Shown here piece by piece: positions 1 through 23,762 of a DNA stretch of 64,000 nt; within the stretch, counting starts at the first letter, position 1; every line of letters starts with the position of its first letter. A program made the position numbers and the translations under genes. Below the pieces are notes generated by a model that was not told the origin of the DNA, did no database searches, and saw only the letters and a list, made by a program, of their open reading frames with translations. Source of the DNA: Chrysomallon squamiferum (taxonomy: Eukaryota > Animalia > Mollusca); assembly GCA_012295275.1 (NCBI GenBank), contig CM022673.1, positions 23,560,001 through 23,624,000 of the forward strand. The letters are read 5' to 3'.

Positions 1-161
1 TTCAAGTTAATAAACAATTAACTACATTTATAAATAATTCAGAAAGGATATATGTAGAAAACACATGTAACATTTTTATGTGTGAACAGTAAAATGATGA
101 TTTCTTTAGGAAACACATCTCACTTTGTATGCAAACAGTAAAATAATGATACAAATCTTAC

Positions 162-11289
<11,128 letters not shown>

Positions 11290-12339
11290 CTTGTATCACT
11301 AAAACATAAACATATCACATTAGAGATTATCCATTACACAGCATAGTCTTAGATAATTTATCTTTTATTAATAATTATTTACATGTTTTTATTTTAATGG
11401 TTATAAAAAAATTAAAATTTTTAAATATATATCAAAAGTTATTTAAAAAGATGTTTTACTGTTGTTATTATTATTTATTTATTTACCTTCTTTTCTTTTT
11501 TTTACTTTTTTGTGAAAAATAGCTGAGAATATTCTGTTACTTTTAAAAGAGTTGTTGGGAATAAAAGACAAGTTCAAATTTATAAATTATAATATTAGTT
11601 ATTTTAAAAATTAGGCAAGGTTACTGAGCAAATGTTATGAAAAATAATAAACAGTCTAAAGCAGTAAAGGTTAAAACCAAAATTATTAATGTATTCTGTT
11701 ACAATTGTTTTAAATGGATTGAACATTTTCTTCAGGTGTTATGAATACAATAAAAACGATTACAGACGATTATCAACTTATGGCCAATGTGTGCATGTGA
11801 CAGTTGCTGCAACTAAAACTAGGTTCAGTCAGTGGATACTCAGTATTGTTATTGTGTTCATTTCTAAATGTTCACCTGCTTTTATTTATGTCTAACAATT
11901 CATACTTGTGTGATGTCACTTGTGCTTAACTGGACATTCTTACTTGGTAAATTGTTTACAGAAATGGGAACTGTTTAATTCTTTAAATGTTCTCAACAAA
12001 ACAGAAAAACAATATTAAATTTTATCTCTAAGAGGGAATTCATTTCACTTTGTAACACTGTGATGTCACTTTTGGTTTTGGTTTTTAAAAAGACAGCACC
12101 AGTAACCACAAGCAGTGACATCTTTGGTTCACTTCCCAGCATCAGTGATCAATAAATATTTTATTGTTGGTGTTTGTTTTGGTTTGATGGGTGTTTTTTT
12201 TTTTGTGTTTTTTTTAATGCAAGCAGTGTTTGACTGAAACTATTTAAAAGGTTTACTAAAAACAAAATGAATACATATATGTATCATTTATGGTCGAGGT
12301 AATATATAGACAGCACCTCTCATTTTGTTATATTTAATT

Positions 12340-12405
12340 TTGTTTGACACCCAGTAGCCATTATATTTTTTTGTGATGTGGTGTCGTTAAACATTCATTT
12401 ATTCA
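12340..12405 (+). mobile_element. SINE 3' tail remnant
   Basis: tgtttgacacccagtagcc...ggtgtcgttaaacattcatttattca resembles a gastropod SINE tail ending in (CATT)n, from memory only. Confidence 0.45.
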
Positions 12406-13414
12406 GAGAGTACTATACACCCAATAATATTTTATTATATAAATGTAGTTTTTCCCTGATCTGCATCCAAATCAACCTATGACCAATAGCTCAGTACAGA
12501 ACATAGTTGCAAGTTGACAACCGTCTGTACTAAAAATATGTTACAATTATTGTTCTTAATTTAGAAGTTTTTGGCACAACATAAAATTTGTCTGTATTAT
12601 TACAATAATTTATGTACATGCAAAAATATCCTTGTAACAGTAAAGTCCAGTAAACAATGTTCATCGGTTTTTGGAAAAGTACACTTTCTGATTAGTTTTA
12701 AAAAATAAAAAATAAATAAATAAATTAAAAAATTAAACATTTACATTTCCAAAAATAGTTTTCTGTCACACACAAAATTTCAGTTTTTAGGATCCTTTTT
12801 GCAGGTTGATACCACTTTGGATGTCCAGATACTCAGACAGTCTGGCTACCTTTATGAAGTCATGAATTATCTGACATTAGAAAGTTTAAAATGTCCTTTC
12901 TATATCTTTATTAGGTGTTAAACAACAACAATAAAAATAAAAATAAAAATATCACAGCAAAATTGTACCTTTGTCAAGTTTATATATATATATATATATA
13001 TAATTCTTTAGAGTAATAAAAATGAATGTACCTAATACTAACTGTAACAATAATACTAACACATCAAGTTTAACACTTTGACTTTGAGTTGGATTCAATA
13101 TAAATTATAATTATTCAGAAACGGAATGATCATATTTTGTAATCAACATATTTCTTCCATAATTTTATTTAACATGTATTCAAAACTAACAATTAACTCA
13201 TTTTAAGGAAAACGTTCTAAGCTCGGCTAACTAGATGGTAATTTTTATTTCTGCTGTCCGGAATTTTATTTTAACGTTTTCCTCGTAAATATAATGATAA
13301 TTATACTATTTATAGTGATAATACTAAATAACATCATCATCATGAACATGAGATGAAAGTAAACAAAAATGCTTTATAATATACTTTACTATGCAGTATC
13401 ATAATAAAGTGTTC

Positions 13415-13640
13415 TTACCATGAACAAAATAAAATAATGTAATACTTTATCCTTCTATATGGTTCGTTGTTTTTATTTTAAATAGGGAAGCAATTAAGTT
13501 TTTAATATAAATAAATACCCAAAATATATGCATCAAAAGTCGAAAACGAACTTCCTGTAGTTTTTCTCGCGTTCAACGAGAAAACGTGAGATTCTTCAAC
13601 TGGTGATCCTATACGTCGAATCGGGTGTTAAGTCGCATTT
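13415..13640 (-). promoter_or_regulatory. Probable SPT5 non-coding first exon and promoter
   Basis: Consensus donor ATG|GTAAGA at 13419/13418 on minus; the ATG exon has an acceptor at 11299-11300, implying an upstream UTR exon; local CpG cluster and ETS-type CAGGAAGT at about 13550-13557. Confidence 0.55.
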
Positions 13641-14679
13641 TGGGGTTTAATCTATAAATATTCATATTCCTTATGTTATAAAACGCAATTCTGTCGGCAT
13701 TCCCACTTCCATAACTTGTATATGGAAAAACAGGACTAGATGAATATCAGTAAAAGGAAAATTCCAAACCAGTGGTTCATAAACGCCTTTCAAAAATTGT
13801 TAACATTTATATTTTTTATGTTGGAATCATTAGATACGGTTTTTAATAATTGTAGCCTTTTTTTCTGTCAAAATAAAAAACTATGACAACAGAATAGTTT
13901 TTTCATGCTAGCTTGAAATTCGATATTGGGAACTGATATACAACGTAAAGCTTCATTTAGTATAAACGTTTGCAACAAACATTTGTAATCAACGCGCACA
14001 CATACACACACACAAATCAGTTAAATGTAATTATAAAATGATTTCTATAATTTATGGAATAATAGTCGGTACGAAAAATTGTCCAATGGATGTATCTAGC
14101 TGTTTACACGATGAATTTTAAACAATAATTATAACAGCGAAAACAATAATGATTATGATGACGATGGTTGTACAAAACGTATTCCCTATACTTTCTGCAG
14201 AGACCTTGCTGTAAATTGACATTAATTCGTTAAATAACACTAATGATGATGTATGTTCTACATGTATTTCTAGATAGAAGAATTCATATTAATAAAAGGT
14301 ATTCATGACATGTATCTAAATTCAGAAAGCAGAGAATCTAAACAACAGCGCACAGTATCGTCAGTATTTGATTTAATTTGATTTATTTATTGATTTATAT
14401 ATTTTTAATTTTCGGCGTATTCTTCTTAATGAATAATTTCATATAAAATTTGTAAAAAATTTACATAATTATTAAGCGTTTATTTTCTTCTTTTTCTAAG
14501 ATTTTTATTTTATTTTTATTTTTTATTTTATTATTTATTTATTTTCTCTTTTTTCATTTTAAGAGTCACAATAAATAAATAAGCAAAGAAGTAAATAAAA
14601 TAAAATAAAATAAAATTTAAAATAATAACAAAATGAATTCAAGAAATAAATGTAAAGATAAAAATAATAAAAAAAAAAA

Positions 14680-14716
<37 letters not shown>

Positions 14717-16141
14717 GTATTAATAATAATAATAATCGTCATCATCATCATAATCATAAAAATAAAAACTTAGGAAAGAGAAGAAAATTTTCCAGTAAAA
14801 TGTTTTACTATCAACAAATACGTACGACTGTATTAAAACTTATCTATTACTACAAATTATTTATTCTTCAACGATATTACTGTTTGTTTGTTTCTGGCGA
14901 CCAGAGTTCATTGATAATAAAATATGAATATAAAATAATATTGTTACAAAATATTTGAATAAACCCTTATAACTATACGTGTGACTGTGGTGCTGCAGCT
15001 AAAGCTGGGTTCATCCTTCTCTGATGACACTTGTCAACGAGTATTAGGTACATTACTCGTCACCGTGTTCATACTCAGTCTTCTCGCTGTTCAACATTCG
15101 AGTGCATTTCGGAATTTTTTAATTTTTTTATATCATACTTTGCATGTTGTCAATACCAGCGCTGACTGCATTCCATGATTGTTTTATCTGTCCATTATCC
15201 ATGTATTTTGGTATCATACATGATAAGATAATGAGAAGCCATTTAGAACTCAACAAAGCAGAAACGCAATGTGTATGTTTATTAAGAAAACGATTCGACC
15301 AGCTACTCAAAATAGCGATAACTTTGCACCATTTATTATTAAAAGTCTGAAATAATTTAGCTAACTAGGTTTAACAAAGAAGGGTTTTGTTTAACAGCAA
15401 CCTATTAATATATACTTGCCTTCATTATATATATATAAAACTTGATTAGCCAATCACTAAGTACTAACTAAACTTTGATGCTCAGTAACTGTTTGGATCC
15501 ATAATGTAAATGAATGAGCTTGTATTAATTTTATTTTATATCATTTACACTTTATTTCCATGTCTGATTACTGCTGATTATACAAACAAGTAGGTTTCTA
15601 TTTATGATGACATTGTTTATTTATTTATTTTTTAAAATCATCCCATGGTTGTTTCACACAATAAAAGCAGAGGTTAAGACTTCTGATTTCGCACATAATT
15701 TTATCGAAACGTTTTCTTTCAACACAGTAAAATCAGCTTTCACGGGATGGATACCGATAGCAATGTATGTTCTGAACTGAAATGTCCAGTTTACCCGACA
15801 ACTCATAATTACAAGCTGAGTAATGCCAATTTGTCTTTAGTCTCCAAAAATAAAATTTGTTTTTCTTCTTCCTCACATTGGTGAGCTATTTCAAGTTTGC
15901 AAACCAAATTTAATTTGCGAATCAGATGCAAACTTTGTCTCCATCATTTTTTGTATAGCTCTAAACTAGGAGCGGATCTTTCGTGAAACTTATCCTCCAG
16001 AGACCCTAACTCCGGTGCGATCTCAACAGCTTATGGTCTAGATTGCTTAAACATTTTAAGGACTACTTTGTCTCCAAAAAATTTTAGATTGTAAGAAAGC
16101 TGACATATGAAATAACTGCACATGAATATTTTGTTAGAAAA

Positions 16142-16144
<3 letters not shown>

Positions 16145-16191
<47 letters not shown>

Positions 16192-16446
16192 ATATTTTGC
16201 AAAATATGCTGTATGTAGTATATTTAAAATAAAAATTTTATTCACTGTCGTCTTTCCTATATTTTGTTTCATTATTCAATGATGCACAATGCATGTATGA
16301 CAATATAACATTTGACGATTACCTCATTGCTGGTTGCTAATTGGCCGCGTAACATATCAAATTTCAGAACCCTGGAACTGTAGGTTTGCTGCTGATGTAA
16401 ACGTACAATAATAACAGTCCAGTTATTGTTATTATAATTGCATAAA

Positions 16447-16498
<52 letters not shown>
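16145..16498. repeat. (CA)n tract and compound (CA)n(GA)n tract upstream of E78
   Basis: (CA)n at about 16145-16190; (CA)n(GA)n at about 16448-16498. Confidence 0.95.
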
Positions 16499-16503
<5 letters not shown>

Positions 16504-16927
16504 TGGGCGTTTTATCATCAGCGAGTTACTTAGAACGCAAAGCATGATGGTAAAAATACGACGGACTGTTGAGATTGCGGTGTGGTTTAGCTGCCATATT
16601 GACCCGCATTTGGTTGTTTTGGTGAAGATTTAATGCACTGGTGTGTTTTGTTATTCTGGATGTACGGCATGTGCATATTAATTATGTATGCACAAATGAC
16701 CGATAATCGATCAAAGTTAGTTAATTAAGGTAAATGCATAAGGAACCAAACAGTTTTTGTTTTGTTAATTATTATTATTATTTCTTTCTTTCTTTCTTTT
16801 TTTTTTTTTTTTTAAACAAAAACTCGTTTGTGCATTTCTTTGTTCTTGCCGAGGTAGATATCGGTATGTTTTTAACAACTGTCAGTACGTTTTAGTTGGA
16901 GTGGGTGTGACGTTTTGAAGCTGGAGT

Positions 16928-19900
16928 ATGGACACCCTTGACAATCCTAACTGTCGTTTGGACGAATCTTTGGAACTAGCCGATAAAGCTTTGAAGTCTA
17001 GCGAGATTACGTCACTGGACATGGGATCGGAGTTTTTACCAGTCAGCTGTAGCTCTACGTCCTACGACTACGGCAACACATGGGATACTCAAGCTTCCAC
17101 GTCGTCGTCGTCGTCGTCGTTAGCAGAAACATCAAAGCAAAACATTGGCTTTTCGCCACAAAAACAAAATCTGGATGGTAAGCGTTATATTTCACTTTTT
17201 CAGTATTTGTTGTTGTACAATCGTCACAATGTATTGTTAGTTTATTATTTCCTTTCAAAGGTATAATCAGATCATAATGTTGTTTTTTAACCCCTTGTTT
17301 TCTTTGTTTACACTGAATAATATAGCACGTCAATAATATGGTAATCCAAGCTTAAAGCATCTTAATTTACCATTATCTATTACTTTGCTTTTGTCAGATA
17401 TATATTTTTTTCAGTCATGAACATCAGTTTTCACATCTTTACACCAGTATGGTTTAATTTAATACATTTTTTTTGCTTTTAAATCTACAGCAATATTTCT
17501 GATATATCATGGATAAATTTATTCACACTGTTTTAATAAAAAAGAAGTTGATTTTCCAATAGCCTCAAAGTTTAGCACTCAGATTATTCAAAATGTATAA
17601 TGTTAGATTTAGTTTATGCACTGTTCAAAGAATGTATTAGGCTTAAAGTTCTGCCAGATAATGGTATAGTTAACTTAGCAGAGTGATCTGAAGGGAATCA
17701 GAAATAAAGAATCCATAGACCAAAGGAAAGTATCAGTCCCGTTCTTCCATAAGTTATATTATTTTGATAAAGGTTTCACAGCAAAAGCATTGAGCTTGAT
17801 TAGTGAAGGCAGATATTTTTCACACTGGCCATGGCTAAGATCAATATTAAAACTGTTGTTGTAGTTCCAAGTATTTAAGATATTTCATGGTAGTTTTATT
17901 TAAGTAATATTCTAAGATTATTTTACTGTAGTAGAGTATCACTAATTAGCTTGGGTGATTTGAAGAGAAGAGGAGCTCCTAGCTGACTGTCTTCATGTAA
18001 ACTTTGTAAAGATAACAATCGATCATATTTCAGTTTACCAAAAAAGTATTTTGAAAAGTACATTATGATCAAAATAAAAAGGTTTATGGCAATAAAAATT
18101 AAAATGACAAAAATGAACAAAAATACCTACTACAGTGGTACCTTTACTTAGGAGTACACCAACTTGCATGTTTTCTGAGTTACGAGTAGTTACCCAGTCA
18201 ATCTTTTGCTTTGAGTTACAAGGCAAAATCTGTGTTATGAGTGTGCTTCAGATATGCTGCCACTAGTTGGTGGTGCAACAAACAACACAACATCATGCCA
18301 GCATCCCGAGTGTTACTCATTTACTTCACGTTGATACCTTGCCATGGAAGCATTTCTGTTGTTTTGTTTTGTGCAGTATTTTGCCAAATGTATTTTTCCT
18401 GACCATGAATCCTAAGAAAGCAAAGGACAGTGCTGAGAAGAAGCAGATGATGTCCATTGAATTAAAGCATGAAATAATAGAAAAACATGAGTGAGATGTA
18501 CATGTAGTCAACTTGGCTAGGCAGTGCGTTCTTTGATGTGTACCATACTGAAGCAGGAGTCAATAAAGGCTATAATTCCAGCCAAGTTGTCTGATTTCCA
18601 AGAAAAATACACTTTACAAAACCAAATTATTTCTTTATATTCTCATTTATTTTGTTTTTATACAATATTTGTTAGTTAAAAATACATATTTCTTATTTAA
18701 AAACATGTTACAAAAAACTGTGGTGTTTTTGGGGGCACTGGAACAGAATAATGGTATTTCAATTAATTTCAGATGGGAAAATTGATAGATACATGAGCAA
18801 ATTGAGGTATGAGCTTGGTCATGGAATGAATTAAACTCATAAGTCAAGGTACCACTGTTCATTGATTTTTGTGGGTGAATTATTTCACAAAATGAGTTTA
18901 TGACATTTCATTGGCACCAAAGTGCCCATACCTGTCAAAGACACTTTACTTCCTTTATCACTGATAGATCATTTTCTTTTTGTTATTCTGCAGCTGATGT
19001 TATAGTGGCACAATCACTGACACTTTGCTCACTGTGCTTTTGTTGCTCTTTTGTGTTCTTCAGCAAATAGTGTTTGTTTGAGGCAATGTGACAGTGTTAT
19101 CATTGCTTCCAAAAAAGTGATCACTATAAAATTTCCACCACATTTTGAAGCAGCACCCTAAGTGCATTGATTGTGCCCCATATTTCACTAAGAATATTGT
19201 CCAGACTGTCAGCAGTTGAGAAAACTTTTGCATTAGTTATTTATAACTGAATTCCCTATTCATAATTTACTACTCAGGCACTGATTGACAGTTCAGTGTA
19301 TTGTTAAACCACTACCTTCCAACTGATTGGTAGTAGTAGTAGATTAAATGGATTGAGGACAAACCTGAACATCTATGCAGATACATGCCTCTAAACATGT
19401 ATAATACATTTACAAACAATTAAATGTAATTGTTCATTTTAAAGCATCTAATGTTTATCAAAAATTATAATGTATCAGAAAGTTATGGGTAGAGTTCAGT
19501 TATTAAATAAATTTAAACTTTTGTACAATGATCTGCTTGAATAACACATATTACAGATGAGAGGATGTACATTTGGGATGATAGTGATCTAAAGGGAAGT
19601 GTAAGGATAAGTTGCATTGTTGAAGACAACTGAAAACAGACAATAATTTCTTGCAATTGATAATACCCAGGTACGGTAGGTTTTGTCCACATTTACAATA
19701 AGAGATTGGAGTTTTGTCTTTGCACCCTAATGATTGCTGCAGATTAGAAAAAGAAGTAGACTTTTGTGTTTTTGCAGCATATAATATGTGATAGTACACA
19801 CATTTATTCTCAATATTATTATTATTTTTTAACCATACATATCTAATCCCAGATACAACTGTTTTTCAAAAAAGCCAGTGACCAAATCTGTTATTAAGAG

Positions 19901-22900
19901 TTTCAGATAAAAAAGTATGAGTAAATGAGTGAATGCAGACTGATAGCTGACTGAATTTATTAATGTTAATTGAATGAATGAATGCTGACTGAACAAGTTA
20001 ATGCTGTCTAAACAAATGAATGCTGACTGAACAAGTTAATGCTGTCTAAACGAATGAATGCTGACTGAAAGAGTAAATGCTGAATGAATGGAGAATGATA
20101 AATGCAAATGAATGGAATTCCATTTTTATTTTGCACATTACAGATAAATATTTCTTTTCTTTTTTTTCTTTGGCAACTTTGAGCTGTAATTAATGATTTC
20201 CCATTTAATTAATAATTCAACTCTCATTGCACTCAATCCATCCTGTCAGTTTGTAATATCACAGGCAAAACATATTTAGAGAAATTTTCTAGATGCTTTC
20301 AGTTGATACAAATTCTGCAGTGATTCTTTGTGAAAAGTGTAAGAATTTTCAGTTTGTAATTCAGACACAGCTCTTGAATCATTTGTGTCATTTTTTCTTC
20401 ATACCTGTAAACCAGTTACTAATACCATAAACATCCTAACAAATAAGTCATTTTTACTTGTAGTATACTCAGTTATTAAATACCATAAGTCCTAGCAAGT
20501 ATGTTATTGTTATTTGTAGTATTACTCAGTTACTAAATACCATATGTCCTAACAAGTAAGTCATTGGTACATGTTTGAAGGAATTGGCTGTAATTACATA
20601 AATTTTGTTCAACTTGTTTTGTTCCAGATGATGGCAGTTTGCAGATGGCTGATTCAAACAGTTCCAAACAAATTCTGGTTCCATGTAAGGTGTGTGGTGA
20701 TAGAGCCTCTGGTTATCATTATGGAGTCAATTCCTGTGAAGGATGTAAGGTGTGGCATTGCTTTTTGTTATTCATATTTGTCTTGTACACATTCCTGTGA
20801 TAAACGAATATAATTTGAAACAATCTGTTTTTACAGTTATTTTTCTCTATATATAAAAGTTAAATGCAAACTAAAGTGTAACAAGTTTATTTTACTGTGT
20901 TATTTTCACTAACAGTAAAACGTAACATATTATTCAGTTGCTTTTGTTGTGTATTATTTCTTTTTGGTTATGTAAAGTAATTATTGATGCAACTATTGCA
21001 TATATCGTTTCTCTTTGCAGAATTGCTCTACATTAATATGTTAATAAATATGGTTTCAAATCTATCCATGTATTGTGTCTGTGAACAGTATTGTTAAAAA
21101 TATATTAACATAATTTAATTAATGCATTATATAACTATAAGAATAATAATTTAAATGAACTAATAATATTTTTTCAGGGATTTTTTCGTCGAAGCATTCA
21201 GAAGCAAATAGAATATCGGTGTTTGAGAGATGGGAAGTGCATGGTGATTCGACTGAATCGGAATCGCTGTCAGTACTGCCGCTTCAAGAAGTGTCTTGCT
21301 GTAGGCATGTCACGTGACTGTACGCTCATTTTTATATACACTCTTTTACAAAATGTAAAAACATAATAATCGGGTTTAAAACAAAAAAGATGATGACTCT
21401 GGCTGGTCACAAAGTAGCTCTGTTCAGTTATATAGAATAATTAACATATATACTGTACTGTTTGTGTGACAACATCAGTGTCTGTTTTTAACTTGAAATA
21501 ATTACTTTATACACTATCTTCTTGAACAGTAATTCAGTAACTTCCTACCCTTATTTCATTTATATACTTTGTACTGGAAACTTCAGCATATCAATAGCTT
21601 CTTCTGTTGACTAATTCCTTTTTATACACTATATTTGACTTTTAGCATACCAGTAACTACTTTAGAATAAATAAGTATTTTTTCATACTAAACACATCAG
21701 TATAAAGAAAAACTGATTTGAATACTCTCTGTATAATTTCTATACTTCAATAAATGTGTAATGGATAATTTATATATATATATATTTTTTATGCTGACAT
21801 CCTCAGTACCTCTATATAGAATAATTAATTTATATGTGGTCTTTATCTAAACAGTTAACCCTTACAACAGACTGAGTAATAACTTGTTTGTTTTCACAGC
21901 TGTGAGATATGGCCGCGTACCAAAGCGGTGTAAAAGTCAGGATGATTCTCGAGTGACTTCCACTGATTCAAGCCAGGAGCAGACTGCTCTTGAGAGTAAA
22001 CAGCTTGCCATCTATGACATCATTCTCAGCGTCTCACAGGCTCACCACACTCATTGTGCTGTCACTGAAGACAAGGTGAAGGTCATCCACAGAAAACCAG
22101 CCACACTAGTGAGTTTGTTGAAAAACCCTTCTCAAATTTTGTTTTTTAAATTAAAATCAATTAATGTCATTTGTAGATTCTTCACTAATCATTCTGTCAT
22201 TAGTGACATATGTCCTTATCATAAAACTGTCCCATTTTGTTTTTTTAATAGACTTGGGGAGATATATTATAAAGTTTGCAAAATAAAAAGTGTGGCTAAT
22301 ATAAAATAATGCAGGTGCATTAATGTATTATCTCACATTTACATTACAGCACTGATTAGAAGCTATTTATGGGTAGAAATATAGTGAATGCCTGTAAAAT
22401 GTACTAATGTATATCTAAATTGGGAATGTTAATTAGTTGCAATGACCTAACTGTGAGATATCTCTCCAAAAGTGAAAATGTATTTTAATTTTAAAATATT
22501 TCAGATGCAGAAAATCCGAATTCCTGATGGTGCAACTCATTTTTCAAATGAGGAACTTGAGCGACAGAGGCTGCTGATGTGGCAGCAGCTGTCTGACCTC
22601 ATCACACCAGCCATACAGAGTGTAGTGGAGTTTGCTAAACGAGTACCAGGTGTGTATATCTTCTGTGGTCTCACCAGCATTTGTGAAAGGGATGGCAGGA
22701 ATCAGCATAACTTGTGCAAGTTAAACAAATGGATGGTACAGAACATTTTCAGGATACAAGTACTTTGAACAATGTTCAAATTACTTGTTTGTCAAAAATA
22801 CTCCTATGAATAATTGCATCAAATGCATTAACTATTAACAAGTTTATTTTATTTGCAATTAAATAAACTTCTGTTGCTGGTGAGTTTTGTCTGCTTGTTC

Positions 22901-23711
22901 TGTGAATTATATGTTTTTTGAATATATTTATACAAAATAATACACATGTTGTTTTTGTGACCTCATGTATATATTATATGTGTGTGTGTGTGTGAAATGT
23001 GAGATTGTTTTTATTGCTCTGAAAGTAAAAAATTGCCACTGCAATATGAGAATGTGATGTTGAGTTGACAATGCACTGTTAATAACAATTATTTTTATAT
23101 TGTGTAGAATTGAGTGCATATCTTTTCTGAAGGACGAAGATAATATTTTAAAAAGTTATTTATAATGATTGTACAGTTGCATGTTAAAAAATTTGTAGTG
23201 ATCATTGAAATTCATGTGCAGTAATTTTGCCGTCCAACACCTACTACAGTAGCCTTGATTACACAAGCACTGTGTTTAGCAATAAATTTCAGAGGAATTG
23301 GATTGTGTCCCTTCAAAATGTGGGAGGGAGTAATTTGTAAATTTGACAGTTGCCACTTCAGATTACATCTGTTTTGTTTAGGGACTAGAGATGTAAAGTG
23401 CTGACCCCAAAAATGCAAAACAGTGGCATGACAGTCAGTCTAAATAAATGGGTAGCAGATATTGCTGCAGTTGCTGATGAATGGCAGGTGAACTTGTTGT
23501 AGCCATAAGGGATGGCGAGACCCCTGATCATTAACTAAATCATGTCAGTGCTCAAAAATGTTCTATTACTACTAATAGTGTTCAGTTCAGTCTTATATTG
23601 TAAGTACAGCTGGAAATGGAAACCTCTCAGTGTGTGAAATGAGGATTTCCTACAGAAGAAACACTGGTGGATTTACAAAAAGAGAACTATTTATTTGTGT
23701 ATGTGTGTATG

Positions 23712-23762
<51 letters not shown>

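Noticed and set aside
14980-15350. PHD-finger-like or transposon-associated peptide fragments
   Set aside because: Suggestive words occur on opposite strands and need several frameshifts; not supportable without a search.
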